Part shown: positions 62,909 to 64,000 of the stretch, in pieces | How positions within the stretch are numbered: position 1 is the first letter of the stretch | Layout of the letters: each line of letters opens with the position of its first letter | DNA from: an uncultured Acidobacteriota bacterium | GTDB taxonomy: Bacteria > Acidobacteriota > Thermoanaerobaculia > Multivoradales > UBA5704 | DNA: 64,000 bases | Assembly: GCA_963799925.1 (NCBI GenBank) | Contig: CAWCYZ010000002.1 | Span: 2,064,477-2,128,476 of the forward strand | Reading direction: 5' to 3' | The notes under the pieces: generated by a model | Told to the model about the DNA's origin: nothing | Databases searched by the model: none | What the model saw: the letters and a program-made list of their open reading frames with translations, nothing else | Program-made: the position numbers and the translations under genes

Positions 62909-63697
62909 GTGAGCCCCAGCGCCCCACCCGCCGAGCGGTGGCTCGCCTATCGCGAGCCCAATCCTCGGGCGCGCCTGCGCCTCTTCTGCTTCCCCTATGC
63001 CGGCGGCGGCGCCTCGGTCTACCGCGGCTGGGCGGCGTCGCTGCCGGGGGACGTCGAGGTCTGTCCGGTGCAGCTCCCCGGCCGCGAGAGCCGTCTGCGG
63101 GAGACGCCGTTCACCCACTGGCAGCCGCTGGTGGAGGCCTTGGCCGAGGTCCTGCCGCCCTACTTCGAGATGCCGTTCGCCTTCTTCGGCCACAGCATGG
63201 GGGCGCTCTTGAGCTTCGAGCTGGCGCGGCTGCTGCGCCGCCGGGGCGGGGCGCTGCCGGTCCACCTCTTCGTCTCGGGCCGCCGGGCGCCGCAGCTCCC
63301 GGCCCGCGAGGAGCCGATCCACGAGCTCCCCGAGGCCCAATTCATCGAGAAGCTCCGCGAGCTCAACGGCACTCCCGAGGAGGTGCTCCAGCACGGCGAG
63401 CTGATGCGCCTGCTCCTGCCGATCCTCCGCGCCGACTTCGGGGTCAACGAGACCCACCAGTTCCACGACGAGGAGCCGTTCGACTTCGGCATCTCGGCGT
63501 TCGGGGGCCTGGGCGACGAGGACGTCAACCGGGAGGATCTGGAGCTCTGGAAGACCCACACCCGCGGCCGCTTCCGCCTGCGGATGCTGCCCGGGGACCA
63601 CTTCTTCCTCCACGGCGCCCGCGACCTCATCGCCGAGGCGATGTCGCGCGACCTGGCCGAGCTGTCGAGCCAGACCCTCTCCGAACGCGCGCGGTGA
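62909..63697 (+). CDS. Type II thioesterase
   Basis: CFPYAGGG, QLPGRE, GHSMG, GDHFF. Confidence 0.94.
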   Translation: MSPSAPPAERWLAYREPNPRARLRLFCFPYAGGGASVYRGWAASLPGDVEVCPVQLPGRESRLRETPFTHWQPLVEALAEVLPPYFEMPFAFFGHSMGALLSFELARLLRRRGGALPVHLFVSGRRAPQLPAREEPIHELPEAQFIEKLRELNGTPEEVLQHGELMRLLLPILRADFGVNETHQFHDEEPFDFGISAFGGLGDEDVNREDLELWKTHTRGRFRLRMLPGDHFFLHGARDLIAEAMSRDLAELSSQTLSERAR

Positions 63698-64000
63698 ACG
63701 GCTCCGCGCCCCCCGGTCCAGCCCCTGGCTGGCCGGCGCGCGGGGTGCCGCCGGCCCCGGACCTGCCGCCGGGCGAGATCCAGGTCTGGGCGATCCCGCT
63801 CGATCCGCCGGCCGAGCGCGTGGCGGCTCTCGCCCGCGTCCTCACCCCTGACGAGGAGGCGCGCGCCGCCCGCTTCCGCTTCGACGTCCACCGGCGCCGC
63901 TACGTCGTCGGCCGCGGCGTCCTCCGCGCTCTCCTCGGCGCCTACCTGCGGGTTCCTCCCGCGGCTCTCCGCTTCGACTACCGCGAGCGGGGCAAGCCCG
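63694..64000 (+). CDS. Sfp-type 4'-phosphopantetheinyl transferase (partial, runs off the window)
   Basis: GTG 63694; EIQVW...LTPDEEARAARFRF...RRRYVVGRGVLRALLGAYL...GKP. Confidence 0.88.
   Translation, partial: MNGSAPPGPAPGWPARGVPPAPDLPPGEIQVWAIPLDPPAERVAALARVLTPDEEARAARFRFDVHRRRYVVGRGVLRALLGAYLRVPPAALRFDYRERGKP

Overview
High-GC bacterial chromosomal window. The gene content suggests Acidobacteriota, probably Thermoanaerobaculia (inference, not verified). Core genes include moaB, polA, uvrA, smpB, selB, glf, an NtrY-like kinase, KdpDE-like regulators, a Czc/Cus RND pump and a FadL-SGNH pair. The right edge holds NRPS accessory genes (PLP decarboxylase, MbtH, type II thioesterase, Sfp PPTase). 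Many genes are broken by single-base insertions, almost certainly assembly errors, which hide real genes from the ORF track. Main points of interest: (1) a frameshift-hidden small secreted peptide ending in ...GGTFDPNG, with its own terminator, directly upstream of a zinc-finger/TPR protein, a candidate peptide-receptor signalling module; (2) a lower-GC island where IS3 terminal inverted repeats (20000-23731) enclose an orphan Rhs toxin tip, an immunity gene, a 59-bp Rhs recombination scar and a Cys-rich secreted peptide; (3) a probably non-coding 40/41-bp hairpin repeat array between a KTSC gene and a coiled-coil gene; (4) a SprT-like protease with a hidden QLDLF beta-clamp motif; (5) a YqaJ exonuclease homolog with substituted catalytic residues; (6) several well-formed sigma-54 promoters.
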